Shown one piece after another: positions 12,420-26,857 of a stretch of DNA of 64,000 nt. The position numbers were made by a program, and so were the translations under genes. Where the stretch lies: positions 1,798,001-1,862,000 of the forward strand of contig JAQFVV010000005.1 in the NCBI GenBank assembly GCA_028023455.1. Reading direction: 5' to 3'. The number at the start of each line of letters is the position of its first letter. Positions within the stretch are counted from its first letter, which is position 1. The notes under the pieces were generated by a model. It was not told where the DNA came from, ran no database searches, and saw only the letters and a list, made by a program, of their open reading frames with translations. Source of the DNA: Epiperipatus broadwayi (taxonomy: Eukaryota > Animalia > Onychophora).

Positions 12420-14450
12420 ACATCAATATATGCAACCCTTAAAAATTATCTAAAGATTAAAAACAGCAAGGTATGTCTTACCCAACAGCATATATGAATC
12501 AGAGGCTACATTATCCACCTACTATCAGAGTTTCAATAACTATCAAAGCTGACAAGACCACATATGAAGGCTATAACATGGTGATGCCTATCTATTCATA
12601 CTTTAAATAAAAATGGCTATCTATTCATACTTTAAAATTGCAAGCAAATCAACCACCAAACTTTCTGCTGACTTCTTTATGACACCAGAAACAACAACAA
12701 CATTCTATACCACTGTGTTTGCCATTAATCTACCTCCCATCTCAAATATATGCCTTCCTGGAAACTGTGGCATCTTTCAATTCATATTCATGAATTTTAC
12801 AACTAAATATGTCTGTAATCTAGCCAATCATTTCTCACAAAATTCAACCTACAGAAGTCCTTTATCCCATTGCAAAAGTAACATTCACCAGAAGCCAGCA
12901 GTCATCTCTCTTATGAACATACCCATGGGACTGCTTCCAGTTAAAATCATTGAGAAAATCAGCAAATATAAAGTAGAACTATATATATTTCTACTAATCT
13001 CCAATATGCAGTTTACAAAAAAAAAACTCATCAATGATCCAAGCAGCATTAATCTTCAAAGTGCTGTTCAAGGGAAGAAGAGATACGTACCAATGGCAGT
13101 CTGGATTAACATTGAGTGAGCTGTTGACTCCTAACTGCTGCCTGGTCACTATTTACATGTAAAGCGTGCATACATGCATACCAAGCCAAACCAAACCAAA
13201 TGCTTTTCTTGGCTGTCTATTTCACTTAGGGACTATGACAATGGAATTCTGTATGCAAAGCAAATTAAATATTAAGCTGAACAGATCACCAACTCACTAT
13301 CAAAGTCAGACCTCTCAATATACTCAAAAGTACAGCTATTCAACCAACTCATCACCACTAAAATTATATACTATCTACCCTTTATACCCTTCTCTAAGGC
13401 ATTCAAATCCAAAATCAAATCCATTTGCAATAAGATCATATGGTGCAGAAAGTTCATTGCAATCTCTACTAGATCTCTAGCTGACCACTCACAAACAACA
13501 TACTTTGTTTACATGACATAAGCATTTTCAAATTCAAAAGACCACAAACATGATAGATGCTATCTTGAAACAGTTCTCTCAATTACAATGCCTACTTCAA
13601 CTCATTCCAATTGACAGACCTCTCCCACAGTATTCATAACTGTCATCAATCATCTACCAGCAGAAAACAACAATCATCCAGATACCTGCCCAATTCACAA
13701 ACAAATATACATATTGGCAGATCTATACCCTCATGCATCAAGAACTGATCAACTATAACAGTTCTCCAATGCTGGGATTAACATTAAAAAGTTACTTCAC
13801 AACTTCAAAAGTTGGTAACTGTAGTCTAAATTGTTTGACTTCATAATGATCAACCTCCATGCCCTGTTAACAACTTACTTCCATCATTACCATGACAGTA
13901 CACTATCATTGATACATTCTGTGGCATATGTTATTATGCTAAAGAAACACAACATCTAATCTATGAATGCCCAACATTAGCAGAGACATGAACACTAATG
14001 TGTATCACATATGGATGGCCTAACATATCAATACAATATATCACCAATGCATATTGTGGAAGCTCAATCCATATAGTGCATGCTCTATGTATTCTGGTGC
14101 ACATGATGCACCTTTGCCTTAAGCAATAATATGAAATGACACCCCTCTATCTTTCATGATATGTTTTCACAGTTAAAAATCAGAGCTAGCAAAATAGCTT
14201 ATTTGAATATATATGCCATCACTTAGTCACTACTCAAACCATAAGCAGCCTTATAACCAGTTAAACAAATGCAGAATCATCACTCTGAGGTGCAGAAAAA
14301 ATCACAAACAACTGGGATAAAATCATCCCAGGCCTGCCTTCTATTCATCCTGGATGCTGAGACAAGAACCTACTTCCAACTACTTGCAACAATTAAAGAC
14401 ACTATCCCACACAATCATTATAACAAAAGAAGGACTTAAACAAGTGATAT
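12420..14450 (+). mobile_element. Decayed L1/Tx1-like LINE, 3' part (RT and C-terminal zinc finger)
   Basis: PMAVWINIE*AVDS near 13090 resembles the DxEKAFDS motif; CGICYYAKETQHLIYECP near 13919 is the zinc finger. Many stops; likely the continuation of 8441-10760. Confidence 0.6.
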
Positions 14451-15024
14451 TCAAACATCATGAATTGCAAATAGAAATAACAAAATAGTGAACTTTACTG
14501 AAAAAATAAGTTTTTTGCACATTGCACGCATATGTAAGTCATTAGAAATAATCTCTAAATGTAGACTTTATTCCCAATCATTTTCAGATGGTAGAACTAT
14601 AACAGAAGACTTGTGAACTTTACAATGAGATTTGTATAATCTGTCATCTGTTTTCAAAATTGTAACCCCACCCTCCCAATACAAATGGATGAAAACCATT
14701 AACCAAGGCCTCAAAGATCTCTCACATCAATCAAAGCAGAAATTTTCAAAATTATAATACTAAACTTTGTCACACAAGTATTTGGCCTTTTCAAAATGGT
14801 TGCTTCCACCCTAATACATAGTAGGTACATATACAAATCAATGTGCTTCTGCAAACTAACTAATTGCAAATGTAAACATGGATGCGATTTGAAATATCTG
14901 TAAATACTGTTTAGTCCAATAAAATTCCTTTTTGAAACAAAAAAACATACTAATAATAGTGATGATGATGACGATGATGATAATAGTAATATAATTATAG
15001 GATATATGTAATATACCTTACGTG

Positions 15025-15314
15025 CATTCAAACAATAAAAAGGAAAAGCTGTAATTGAATAATGATACTATCAGGCAGCTAATTGCTTTTGAGGACTTTC
15101 TACGTCCTCATAGTCATAATATTAAAATGATCATGGAAATAAATGGTAGTATATATAAAACTTTGTATATATTTTTGCTTATACATAATACCATTTTTTC
15201 CCATGACCATTTTAATGCTATGACTATTAGAATATAAAAAGCAATTGAAAGTGCTTAGCTGCCTGATATTATCGTTATTCAATTATAGCTTTTCCTTTTA
15301 ATTGCTTTTGAATG
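15025..15314. repeat. ~290-bp imperfect palindrome
   Basis: The opposite-strand ORFs 15055+ and 15282- translate almost identically (MNNDTIRQL / MNNDNIRQL). Arms run from cattcaaa to tttgaatg. Confidence 0.9.
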
Positions 15315-15439
15315 GATGACAATAATAAAAATAATAATAGTAATAGTAATCATAATAATAATGATGATGATTTCATGGTAGTCAAGATCTTAATTAAAAT
15401 GTTGGCTACCGCCACAATATCTCTTACTCTTCTATATAT

Positions 15440-17880
15440 TATAACCAACTTGCTGCTGAATTGGGAAATACATATTACACTCAGTGGCAAAAATTCCATA
15501 TCTTTTACCCCAACACAATCAATCTCACAAGGATCCTACCTGAGCTCTTTATTTTTCACTTCTATATCAACCCTCTATTAATGAACATCCAGCAGACATT
15601 CATTGGCATAAAATACCAAACACATCTCAGCAGGTAACATGAATTGTTATATATATGGATGACATAAGTGTTTTCCTTCTATCTAAAAAACACCTACTGG
15701 CCTTGCATATTCCTTCTATCTAAAAACACCTACTGGTTTTGCATACAATACTACAAGAATTTGCAGCTACACACAAACTCGGGGTCAATCTAAATGAGAC
15801 TGCGGTTTGGACTCTTTATAATACAAAACAATACACAGGTATATATGCTGGGAAGCCATCTGACATTCTGGGATTTTCTTTTTATATGAGTGCAAGTGCA
15901 ATGATGGTCAAAATCCAAAACAAACAAACTCAAAGGAGAAATGAAGTTAATCACTACTTTACTTTCAAAGGCATATCTTTCAATATATTCCAAGATCCAG
16001 CTATTTAACCAGCTAGTCACAACAAAAATCACCTATTACTCACCTATTAACACTTTTTCTAAAGGTTTTACAAACAAAATCTCTCTGCAATAAGCTTTTG
16101 TGGCAGAGGAAGACAGTGTCAATATCTGCAAATCAGCTTACCAAAACACCCATTCACAATGAAATAGGACTTTATAGCATTTATACTTTCCATCTACAGA
16201 AGACCACAAACCTAATAGTAATCACAGTCAAACACTTTCTATTGCTTGAATGCCTTCTTCAAATAACACCAACAGATAGGTCACTACCTGCCTATTACCA
16301 ACTATCATCAATCTTCAATTATATAAAAATCATGTCTCCACAGATATCTCTTCAGACAATATACAAGTATTCATACTGAAAAATTTACTCATTAAACCAT
16401 CAAAATTCAAGCCATGACACCAATCCGACAATGCTAAGAATCAACAACCAACAATTACTGCATAATAAAATCCTTCTTTTTACTTCACCTTCAAGAGGTA
16501 AGTTTTAAGTTGCACTTTACACAAAAAAGTGAAGCTTCGTATTATTACAAAAAATAATTATATGGCTTAGGGTCTTTCAGAGAACTTAGGTCTCCATATT
16601 CATAGCCTATCTTGGGAGTGTCATCTTACATTGAGATTTTAAACAAAGCTTGGCAGTAATTTATGCAAAATTTATTCAAAGTTTTTTTTCAAATAGACCA
16701 TTTTCTGGAGATTGCAAAGCACTATTCTTTTCAGTTTATCTCATAGTTGTCATTTGCAATAAAGCATGCTCTGTAAGTTTAAAAAATGGTCTCTGTAATG
16801 CCACCCCCTGCCTATGACCAACTATAATCAATCATCAATTATATAAAAATCACATCACAGATATCTTTTCAGACAATATATAAGTACTCATACTGGCAAA
16901 TTTACTCATTAAACCATCCAAATGCAGGCCATGACACCAATCTGACAATACTTAGAATCAACAATCAACAATTACTCCGTAATAAAATTCTTCTTTTTAC
17001 TTCACCTTCAAGTGGTAAGTTTTAAATTGCACTTTACGCAAAAAAGTGAAGCTTAATATGGGTTAGGGTCTTTCAGAGAACTTAGGTCTTCATATTCATA
17101 GCCTATCTTGGGAGTGTCATCTTACATTGAGGTTTTAAACGAAGTTTGATAGTAATTTATGCAAAATTTATTCAAAGTTTCTTTCATATAGACCATTTTT
17201 TGGAGATTGCAAAGCATGATTCTTTTTGGTTTATTTCATAGTTGTCATTTGCAATAAAGTCCAGTCCATAAGTTTAAAAAATGATCTCTTGAGCCAAAGT
17301 ATTTTGATTTTTTGATGAGATTAAACCTACATGCAATGTCCACAACATATGTTCTGAAATACTGGAGACTGTACATTAACCTAGATCCTTTTTGTCCCCT
17401 ATGTCATAGGGCTGAAGAAACAGCAACATCTTTTGTATCTTTGTCTAGCACTAGACAGAATTCACTATATCATGACAAGAGCATATAGACAATCTAACAC
17501 CACCCTTCAGATTACAAAGGCTCTATCCCATCAGTAGTCCATGCAGCCACTTTTGTGCTTTATGCATATTGATGCACTAGATGCACATTCATCTTAGGGA
17601 ACAACACAAGGTGACATCCATCAACTGGCAAAATTACGAGCCAGAGACAATAAAATTGCACATGCAGACATTTTTGCAGCAACCTGGTCACTGATAACAC
17701 AACAATCAAACCTCTAAGGTGGCTCCATATAACCACCAATTGTGCCATCAATCAATATTTTTCTCCAAAAGATGTGACATGTATCTACAAATAAAAATAC
17801 AGAGAATGTTCTCTTTGACTACATACTATTGATATAAAGGACTGTAACAACAAAACCAAGACTCAAGCACTGGAAAAAAA
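15440..17880 (+). mobile_element. Decayed L1/Tx1-like LINE fragment (RT to zinc finger)
   Basis: SQGSYLSSLFF near 15522 (QGxPLSPLLF), YIYMDD near 15650, FCPLCHRAEET near 17390. Confidence 0.65.
16289..17290 (+). repeat. ~520-bp tandem duplication inside the LINE
   Basis: tgcctat(t/g)accaactat at 16289 and 16809; both units end in gtttaaaaaatg(g/a)tctc. Confidence 0.9.
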
Positions 17881-17984
17881 ATAAAATCCACACTCCAATA
17901 GATATATAAGTTGATGTTTGCAATTGAACAGTGCTAACACAAGACTTTTGAGAACTCAGATTATAGCAAGTACGCTCACAAATG

Positions 17985-17985
<1 letters not shown>

Positions 17986-18028
<43 letters not shown>
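17986..18028. repeat. (TA)n microsatellite
   Basis: Directly visible. Confidence 0.98.
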
Positions 18029-18032
<4 letters not shown>

Positions 18033-18307
18033 CCCCCTTAAAGGCATTTGCATAAAACATATCTAAAGAGAAATTAGTAAATGAATAGACTAACTACCAT
18101 GCCTACTCCAAAATTCATAATTCTAAAAAACATGTTCAACAAACACAACAATGTTTAAATACCTTTTCCTCCTAATTTAGTTTCATTTTTGTTCCATCAC
18201 ATATACACACTTAAACTTGCTCCATTCACTAGCAATGTAAACATATGTATACGGAATGACTTATAGAAAATGTAACCCTATGATCATCAATAAAGGTGTT
18301 TTTTTGA

Positions 18308-18357
<50 letters not shown>

Positions 18358-18378
18358 CAACAACAACAACAACAATAA
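18308..18378. repeat. Compound (AAT)n(AAC)n microsatellite
   Basis: Directly visible. Confidence 0.97.
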
Positions 18379-21300
18379 TGTTAATGACTTCTCAATATTA
18401 TATTAAAATATTTAGACAAAAAGTACTCCAATACACAACAAAACATTCCAATTATTCTGAAGTAAGAAAAGAATTTATAAATAGTAGTTTATCTAAGATT
18501 TAAATGTGAATGGCACTTTAAATATCAAACTCTTGGCAAGTCCAACTAGGCCTACAAGAATTATACAGTAAAATAATGTTTGTACATTTAAGTCCATGGG
18601 TTGGTTCAAATGAATCTTGTTATGATGTTGGTCATTACACAAAAATATAAGCAATACAGTCCAGTTATCAACACTGATGAGAGAAGAGACAAATCCTTCA
18701 TTTTAGTTTAGTAATTAATATTAGAAAAAATTCAAAATCTTCAGTAGTGTTGAAAAGAAACTTCTATTGATTTTCCAATTTGACTGTTTTAGGCAATTCC
18801 TTCATAATATCTTAAGTTTGATATAGTATTGAATCTTTATAAATACAGTACTTAATAATAAGATTTTAACTAGATGATGCAAAATAACTGCAAATAAAAT
18901 GCTATATTTATAAACTATTAGACAAACATTACGAATTGTATATGGATCCAATTATATATATCTAATATTAGACTATAAAATAATTGTTTAAAATTGTCCA
19001 GAAAAGCAATTAATTTCCTGCGCAAATATAATTCTGAAAGAATTGTCCCTAACAGATTGCAATTAAAATATTCAGTTAATTTTCAAAAAGATGACGATAT
19101 TATTTAGAAATCAAGTGTGACTGTATTAAGAAAAATCATAACTGCCTACAAGTTTTTCAAATATCAAAGTTTATGTTCCATTAATTATAAAAAATGCTTA
19201 TTAAAAATAAACTTACTGATAAAGACTTTGTAGGAGTTTCTGAGTCGGCAAAAAAATCATATTCTAAATTATATGCTAAAATAAAAAGATAATCCTCAGA
19301 AAAAGATTAAATTTATCAATCTATATAAGTATATCAAGCTTCATATCTCATAAGCTACATGCTTAAAAATCTGAATTCCATATGTTTAACTGATGCTGGA
19401 ATTTCTGTTCCAAAAAGCAGAATGTTAAATCACTGTCTAATGTCATATTATTAATTATAATTGTACCAACTGAGGAAATTACACAAAAATTACTTTTAGA
19501 AGAAGATTGCATTGGAGAATAAAAAGAATAGTTGAAAGACATCAGTAATCCAAATCAAACATTATCTTTACTGAAGAGGAAATTATTAAATTTTCCAATT
19601 AGATACATATATACTAATTCTACTTAATACCAAAGGTAATACTACAACAATAATGGACACTATGCATTATAATATCAAAATAAGAGAACTCTTCATAGCA
19701 GGTCATTATGAGAAAATGACTAAGGAATTCTATATCAGCTACAGATTCTAAATTACAAACATAACATTGAAAGCATTGCAAGTATTACCCTGATTTTGAA
19801 TGACTAAATGAATACATTAAAAAATACATATCTCTATGTTCTATCCAAAAATCCATAAGGACCATGTTCCATCAAGATTGATTGTTCTAGAAATGTCAAA
19901 ATTTGTCAAGGTTTCTTCTTGAAATTCTTAATGCTTAGGCATATAAAACACAGTCCATTGTTAAGGATTTTAAACAATTCATTGTGATACTGGTGCAAAG
20001 TTGCAAAAAGTCTTTAAAGAATTTTCACAATGCTTCAAATTTTCTTACCAGCAATTGTGAAATTTGGTAAGACTTTTATTGATAGTACCCCAAATTATTT
20101 TGAAGCTTGTAATATAATACATGAGTTCTTAATATTTTATTTAATAGTTAATAACTGTTATTAAGCAATGTAAAATAATCTATAAAGATTTCTATCAGAA
20201 AGAAGTGTAAAATTGGCAAGCTTTGATCTGAAATGTTAATTGACAAATAGTTATGAAGCATTATAAAAAATAAATAAATGAAGTTATTAATACAACATAG
20301 AATTCTTCCAGCAAATTTAAGGAATGATTATAGATTCTAGATTCAACATTGTCACTCTGATAAGAAATGTTTACATGGAAGAACTTGAAACCACCATCTA
20401 TGTCAATAATGGTGAATCATTATTATGAATTTTATTAATACCCATCAATAAAATGTCTTCTTCAATTAAATTCATAATAGAATTAGAACTGGAATAAAAT
20501 TCTATGGTTGTTAAATGTTCTATTTCAAAATTATCTCATTACACTTTTTACAGACCCCCCTCCTTAGCATATACATCTAATGATAATAGAAGTACAAAAG
20601 ATACAAACATGATATCATAGGGTCCAGAGCAAAAAAAAGTGACTTAAAAAAAGAAAAGTTCAATATAGAACTAACTTTGTTAAATAATGATTTTCTATCA
20701 ACTATTATTAAAAAAAGATCATTAGAACAGATAACAAATAAACTGTATATATTGTAGTGCAACCAAATAAAATTTCCAATCAATGTATCTTTCCAAAACC
20801 ATAGCACAATGTAAGAAATTCTAATCTCTAATAAAATTTAATCAAGTAATACAGTGGCAGCATATGAGAATTCATAGTGGTGAGGTAGTTATTAAAAATG
20901 TAAACAAAGATGTCCTGTATCTTCAAAGTCATGTACAAGAAGGTTATAAATAATTGCCTCCTGTGAAAACATTGTTATATCATTAGTCTGCAGTGATTTT
21001 TGCCCATCCTTCAGAAAGCACAAACAAAAAATCTAAGAGAGACAAAAAATCAATACAAGTAGATGGTGGATATTTTTTTGCCTCTTTACTTAGACAGCAT
21101 ATTCTATTTGTACATTTGTGTAAGACATGCATAGAAATTTAATTAATATACCCATTTAAGTATAATAATAGGCAAAAATATTCACTTTACACTGAAGGGG
21201 GAGGAGTTCAGCCCCTATAGATGGGCCACCACTGCTTTTAATGCTGAAAAACAATATATATATATTATAACAATCCAAAAGAAAGTGAAGATCGAATATT

Positions 21301-23928
21301 ACCATAATCTGCACTACAAGGGCGCCATCTAGGCATTTGAACCTAGAAAAATTTATAAAGTAGGCAGATACACAGTTATAAGATCCCACTTTCTTTTATA
21401 TTTAGACCGTTAGCCCATTGTCACTAGCTCAGTGGAGATGCAGAGATAATAATCTATATCTTTAATTTATATCTTAAATATAAAAAAATAAAAGCCACTG
21501 CCAGTAATTAACATACAAACAATATTTACTGATGCACATATATAATCTTTTAGAATTTGAGGAATAACATTTATTATTTTAGATTTTAATATTAACATTT
21601 AATTTAAATTATTTTAAAATTTAAGACTGTCGAGTATGAATAGATTTAATATTTTTATTAAGATTGTCGAGTATGAATAGATTACATAGATCTGCATTTG
21701 AAAAAAAAAAATTTTATCCCTTATTTAACCTTAGGCCAAAAGTTCGCAGTCAAACTGGCATCACTCCATCTGATACATTAATGTATTCAATGTAGCATGA
21801 AAATACACCAGCACTAAATATACTATACTGTCAGGAATGTACATCTGAACAGTAAGTAGAGTTAGAGAAGACATTGTCTCTCAACAAAACAGGAATGCTA
21901 CATCTGCTGGTGAGAAAAACAATAAACAAAAACTCCATAGGAATGGACCACATCTTCCATCTTACTATCCAATTCCATTAGGCAAACAGGGGGTGTGCGG
22001 TGTATATATGCAATCCTGCCCATAGTGGATCTCATGCTACATTTACTAATTACATCAATACACCCAGTCCATTGATCCAATTTAGCTACGAAACAAATAA
22101 CCTAAGATTACCCTCCCTTAAACTATATATAACTTTACAAATCTACATAGCCATTCACACCCGACTTAAATTTAACATTTATATACATTCACACAGATGA
22201 ATTTTATAAAATTTGTTTTATAATGTTGAGTATAGATCGGCTGCATAGATTCCACAGTCAAAAACATTTCAAAATAAACATAACCGATCAAAATACAAAA
22301 TCATTGATAACGTCAATTGCAGAGGGAATATAAGAAACCCAATGGCATTCATCATAAGATGCCGCTTTGACATCGATGACTTATATATTCTAATCGAATA
22401 TGAAAACCACAACATAATTAACCGCTAACCAATCCATGCAACGTCCATACCCAACTTAAATTTCATGCATTTAAACAATTTGTACAAGTAAATATTAATA
22501 GAAATAAAAAAAAATGGAAATGATTTTAGCAAACTTAACTATATAAAATTTAAACATTAATTATTAATTTGGAAAATCAGATTAAAGTTCATTAAAAAAT
22601 GTTTAGCTTGTTAAATCTTTAAAGTTCTTAATTATTTGTAGTAAAATTTTTCCGTTTACACCTTACAGTAGAAGAGCTCCTGGTTCCTGTTGTCAATTCC
22701 CATGAAGACTTTCATGGAAGACTGGTCTGATATTCTGGAGGTAGCCTTAGCTGGTTTCATTCTGGTATCCCAGTCATTTCATTTTTAATATAAGTGAGAG
22801 AGAACGACAAGTGCATCTTATCGTCTTCTCACAAACTCAAGTTGGAACTGTCAGGAAACTCAATATTTCTCTTTTTATAGTATCCACACAGATTCAACCA
22901 ACAAAACGTCACTAATCCATCATTTTCATTAAGGTCCAAGCTGAAGCTTGGTGCTTCCATTGGTCAAGCTAATTTCTTTATTTTCTTATCTATCTTTCAT
23001 CAGACTTTTTAATTATACAAGAGCCCAAGGGCTAGCTTGCTTTTCAATTAATTTCTAAAACAATCATTTCCATTTACAAAAATATTTTATCTTTAAATAT
23101 TGTACTTTTTTATAACAAAGTACGTTCAAATACTTTTATTTATTAAAAAAAAATATTTTTAAAGTTTTGTATCTGTGCGAATATATACGTTTAACAACTC
23201 TTTAAATTTTTTTTAGCTTTTAGATTTTTAATAATTTATTTTTATTTGCGAACTTAGTTTTTATTTTAAATTAATGTAACGGCATATTTATATATCGTTA
23301 CAATATATATATATATATAAAGTATTTACGTGAATATAGTGGAAAATATACAAGAGAAACTAGCCATCCTATTCCAAAATTATAATTATAAAAGAAACAT
23401 GAAGTAATGACTAGAAAGGAAAAGGCAGATATATCTAAAGTAACAGACCATGTAAATAGCATTGAACATATAGTCAGCTGAGAAAAAAATAAGACAATAA
23501 TATTGAGCAGAGAAAAAAAGTGAATATATATATAAAAGCTGCTCACATGACAATGGCAAATGATCCCATGGGTTAGTTAAGTGTGATAATTCATAATGCT
23601 TATATACCATTTATTAACTTGCTTTTAATAGCAAAAAAATAGAACAATCAGGTGGACCATTAGAGATTTGTATGTAAAATATCTAATTACAATTGCCTTT
23701 GAAGGTATAGACTAATTGGTAGAGCATCATCTTAAAATTCACTATTTACAAATCCAAAGATCAATTAAATTCCTATACTAGCTATCACAGTACAGGCCAG
23801 AACACTTGAAGAGAAGAGAAAAATACTACCTGAAACATTGTATTTTATATTGGAAAAGTATTGGGAAAAGTATAAATAATATGCTAGCATCATAAACCTT
23901 CGGATTATTATTAAGTTGATTATATGCA

Positions 23929-25880
23929 ATGTGATGTGATGCACTGTGGCTTCTCCTTTTTCAGAGTCAGGAATCTCTCTGCCCACTATGCTCAGAAAAA
24001 TGTGTTAGCCACATTACCTTCCTTTTCTATTCCACATCCTAAGTTTTCTCCATATTCTTCTCTATCCTGCTCCATCCCATTTCCACAATATAATCTTTGT
24101 CAACTGCATGGCCTTTATATTTAAATCCCCCTGATATTTTCCTAAACCTAGCATCAAAAACAAGAACCTACTTTCTCTATAATCATCTTATTTATATTTA
24201 TTCTTTCACCCTTCATTATTTGTATTCTTTCTGTTTGCAGGCATTTACATTCAATTAACATATGCCTAATATTTTCTAAGCCTTTCTTACACAACTTGCA
24301 GACTAAATCACCCATATTTTCCATTTGTTTGTATATTTCCTTGTTGCTAAAGATCCTGTTCAAGCCTAAACAGTAAACTACTTTCCTTGCTATTATCATA
24401 AATTAACTCACACCCAATATTCTGTTTACTTCTATATATATTTAAACTCTTTTTACTCTCTATATTAGTTCTTTGTCTCTCCAATTCCCTATTTTTTTTT
24501 ATTAATGCATCTATTCTTCTATTCCATTTCTTGCCACTTTATCAGTCAACAATTCTCCTAACACAATCATCCCACCTTTTGTATAAGTATACTAACATAA
24601 ATTTTTTATCCAAATCTTCTGCATACTGTACCATCTTTTTCACTCATTTTGTTCCCTGCCCTTTACTTATAACCCAATTAAATACTATTTTGGCTATTCT
24701 CTTAATATCCATAAACTGCAATCTACATAATGTTTTCATTTTACATCTCATATAAAAACATGACCATCCCATTTCTCCTTGAATTGCTTCCTTTGTCACC
24801 TACATATACACATCTACTTCTCTTTGTATTTTTTTAAAGTAATCTAATATCTTCTTAATAACACATAATGGATCATTGCCATATGTTAATCCTGCTTCCA
24901 TACAATTCTACCTACATTATATTTATAATATAAAAACACTGTTAATTTCTTTATCAATCCCTTTCTTTTTTTTTGCTTCATTTATCATTTTTTTCTCCTA
25001 TTCATCCAAACAATTTCTCTGATTACTTAAAATGATTCCCAAATAGTGATACCTTTTCACCACACTTAACTTTTATATTCCCCAATAAAAATTCTTTTTT
25101 TTCTTTTTCCCCAGTATTAATCATCATTTCTTTTGATTTTTTCTCACTAAATTCAATCGCCATCTCTTTACCCATCATTGCACATATCCTCAGCATAACT
25201 TCCATATCTTCCCTTTTTTCTGTGCACAAGAAATCATCTGCAAATAAAATACCCAATAATTTATATATACTCCCTTGCCACCTATTAATGGTATTTCTGT
25301 CCTCCTCTTCCTAGTCTTTATATTGCTCTTTCCATTTTTCTCAAATATAACAAAAACAAAATCAGTGACAAAGGGCATCCTTGCCTTAGTCCCATCCCAT
25401 TTTTAACTTTAACTAATTCTATATTCTCTAATTGATATGCATAGTAATTATTTTTATATAATCTCTTAATAATATCCATTAAAGCTCCACCCATTCCCGA
25501 ATTTATTAAACTTACCCATAATGTATTTCTATTTATTCTATCATATGCCTTCTCTATATCTATAAAAACCATATACAACTGTCTACCTGTATTTCTACTC
25601 ATATCTATAAACTGTGTAACTACAAATAAACTATTTCTTATACATCTATTCAATTGAAAACCCCCTTGCATTTTTCCCACTATATTATTTTTTTCCATCC
25701 ATTTTGCAACCCTTCCAGTCACCATTTATGTGAAAACTTTATATAATACTGACATTATCACCATCAGACTATAACTACTTAACTTTCTATAATCCATAGC
25801 CATTCCTTTAAATAGTAGTCTTACTGTTGTATTACTCCAACTAGTCAGAAATTTCTCCTCTGTACTATCTTAATAAAACA
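23929..25880 (-). mobile_element. 5'-truncated non-LTR retrotransposon with (CACAT)n tail, copy 1
   Basis: RT motifs FIDIEKAYDRINR, LRQGCPLSLILF and ILFADDF; C-terminal CKLCKKGLENIRHMLIEC; 3' end ggagaagccacagtgcatcacatcac. Clade not resolved. Confidence 0.9.
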
Positions 25881-26390
25881 TGATAATAGCTTATATGTGA
25901 TGTTATAATCCTAAGACATAGATCTCACCACCAAGTGGTTTGAAAGTGAATTAAAATATCAATATTTTATTAGCAAATTGTTATTTTTAATTCATAATTT
26001 CTTTTTTCTTTCTGGATAGCAGATATTGATATAATGAGTATCATGGCTTCAATATATATATATATAGTATAAGCAGACCTTTTAAATAAATAAATGGCTT
26101 TTCAACAGATCCTAGACAATGAGGGTTTGAGTCATATTTTATCTTTTGCTAAGAATAGCTAGATACCCATTTACAGATCAGTGTTGGATGATTAGTTATA
26201 TTGACTATTGGCCAGCTAATTTAGAAAAAAAATCCTGTCTCATGAGAAGAATTTCAACTACTGTGGATTTAAACCTCAAATCATAGGCATAACACATGGA
26301 TGTTATCTGCTTACCCCAAGACCCATAACAATGTGTGAGAATAAAGATATATTTGGAAATAAAATTTTTCTATTTATTTTATACTATTTA

Positions 26391-26857
26391 TATAGGGGAT
26401 TTGAACTGACTTTCAAGCCCCTTCACTATCCACATGATCTCATACTACTGATACACATGACCACACATGCAGAAAAGATAAATAATCACCAATATACATA
26501 TTTCATGCTAAACCAGCACTCATCAGTTGGTCCAGACTACCATCTCCCTTATAAAAATAATCACTGCTCAGTTTATATTAAGATAGCAAATCCTTACACT
26601 TTAATGGACAGGCCTCAATACACTCCAACTTCCAAATTTTTAGCCATCCATACCATTGAAAATCTTTTGACAAAATTCCCATATCCCATGCTGATGCCAA
26701 TATTGTTGTCATACCCATGTTGACATCAAGTCACTCTGACCCCTAACCTATAGGACAGTATCCATTTAAATACATAGAAGAGGGATGGGCAGACTGCAAG
26801 CTTAATATGTAAGATTTGAAATACCAGGCACTCTTATGCCTGCAGTCTAATTGTAAA
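26391..26857 (-). mobile_element. Retrozyme-like unit A (hammerhead-containing repeat, family R1)
   Basis: ~465-bp unit tandem with unit B; homologous to 36690-37110, 38257-38515 and 63565-63930. Confidence 0.8.
26488..26531 (-). ncRNA. Type I hammerhead ribozyme (R1 copy A)
   Basis: accaa-CUGAUGA-gugcu gguuu agcau-GAAA-uaugua-UA-uuggu. Stem I extends as guaguc/gauuau around a UGG bulge. Stem III is near-palindromic (AUAUGUAU). Confidence 0.85.

Noticed and set aside
15085-15115. gaggac/gtcctc hairpin as hammerhead stem II
   Set aside because: Flanks do not give CUGANGA or GAAA.
18674-18700. CTGATGA motif
   Set aside because: No stem II or GAAA follows.
19680-20100. INLDGTW as a transposase DETW motif
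   Set aside because: Single weak motif with no supporting collinear motifs.
22662-22776. Possible minus-strand coding exon (NDWDTRMKP...ELFYCK)
   Set aside because: Open frame and local GC rise, but no recognisable homology and a weak donor.
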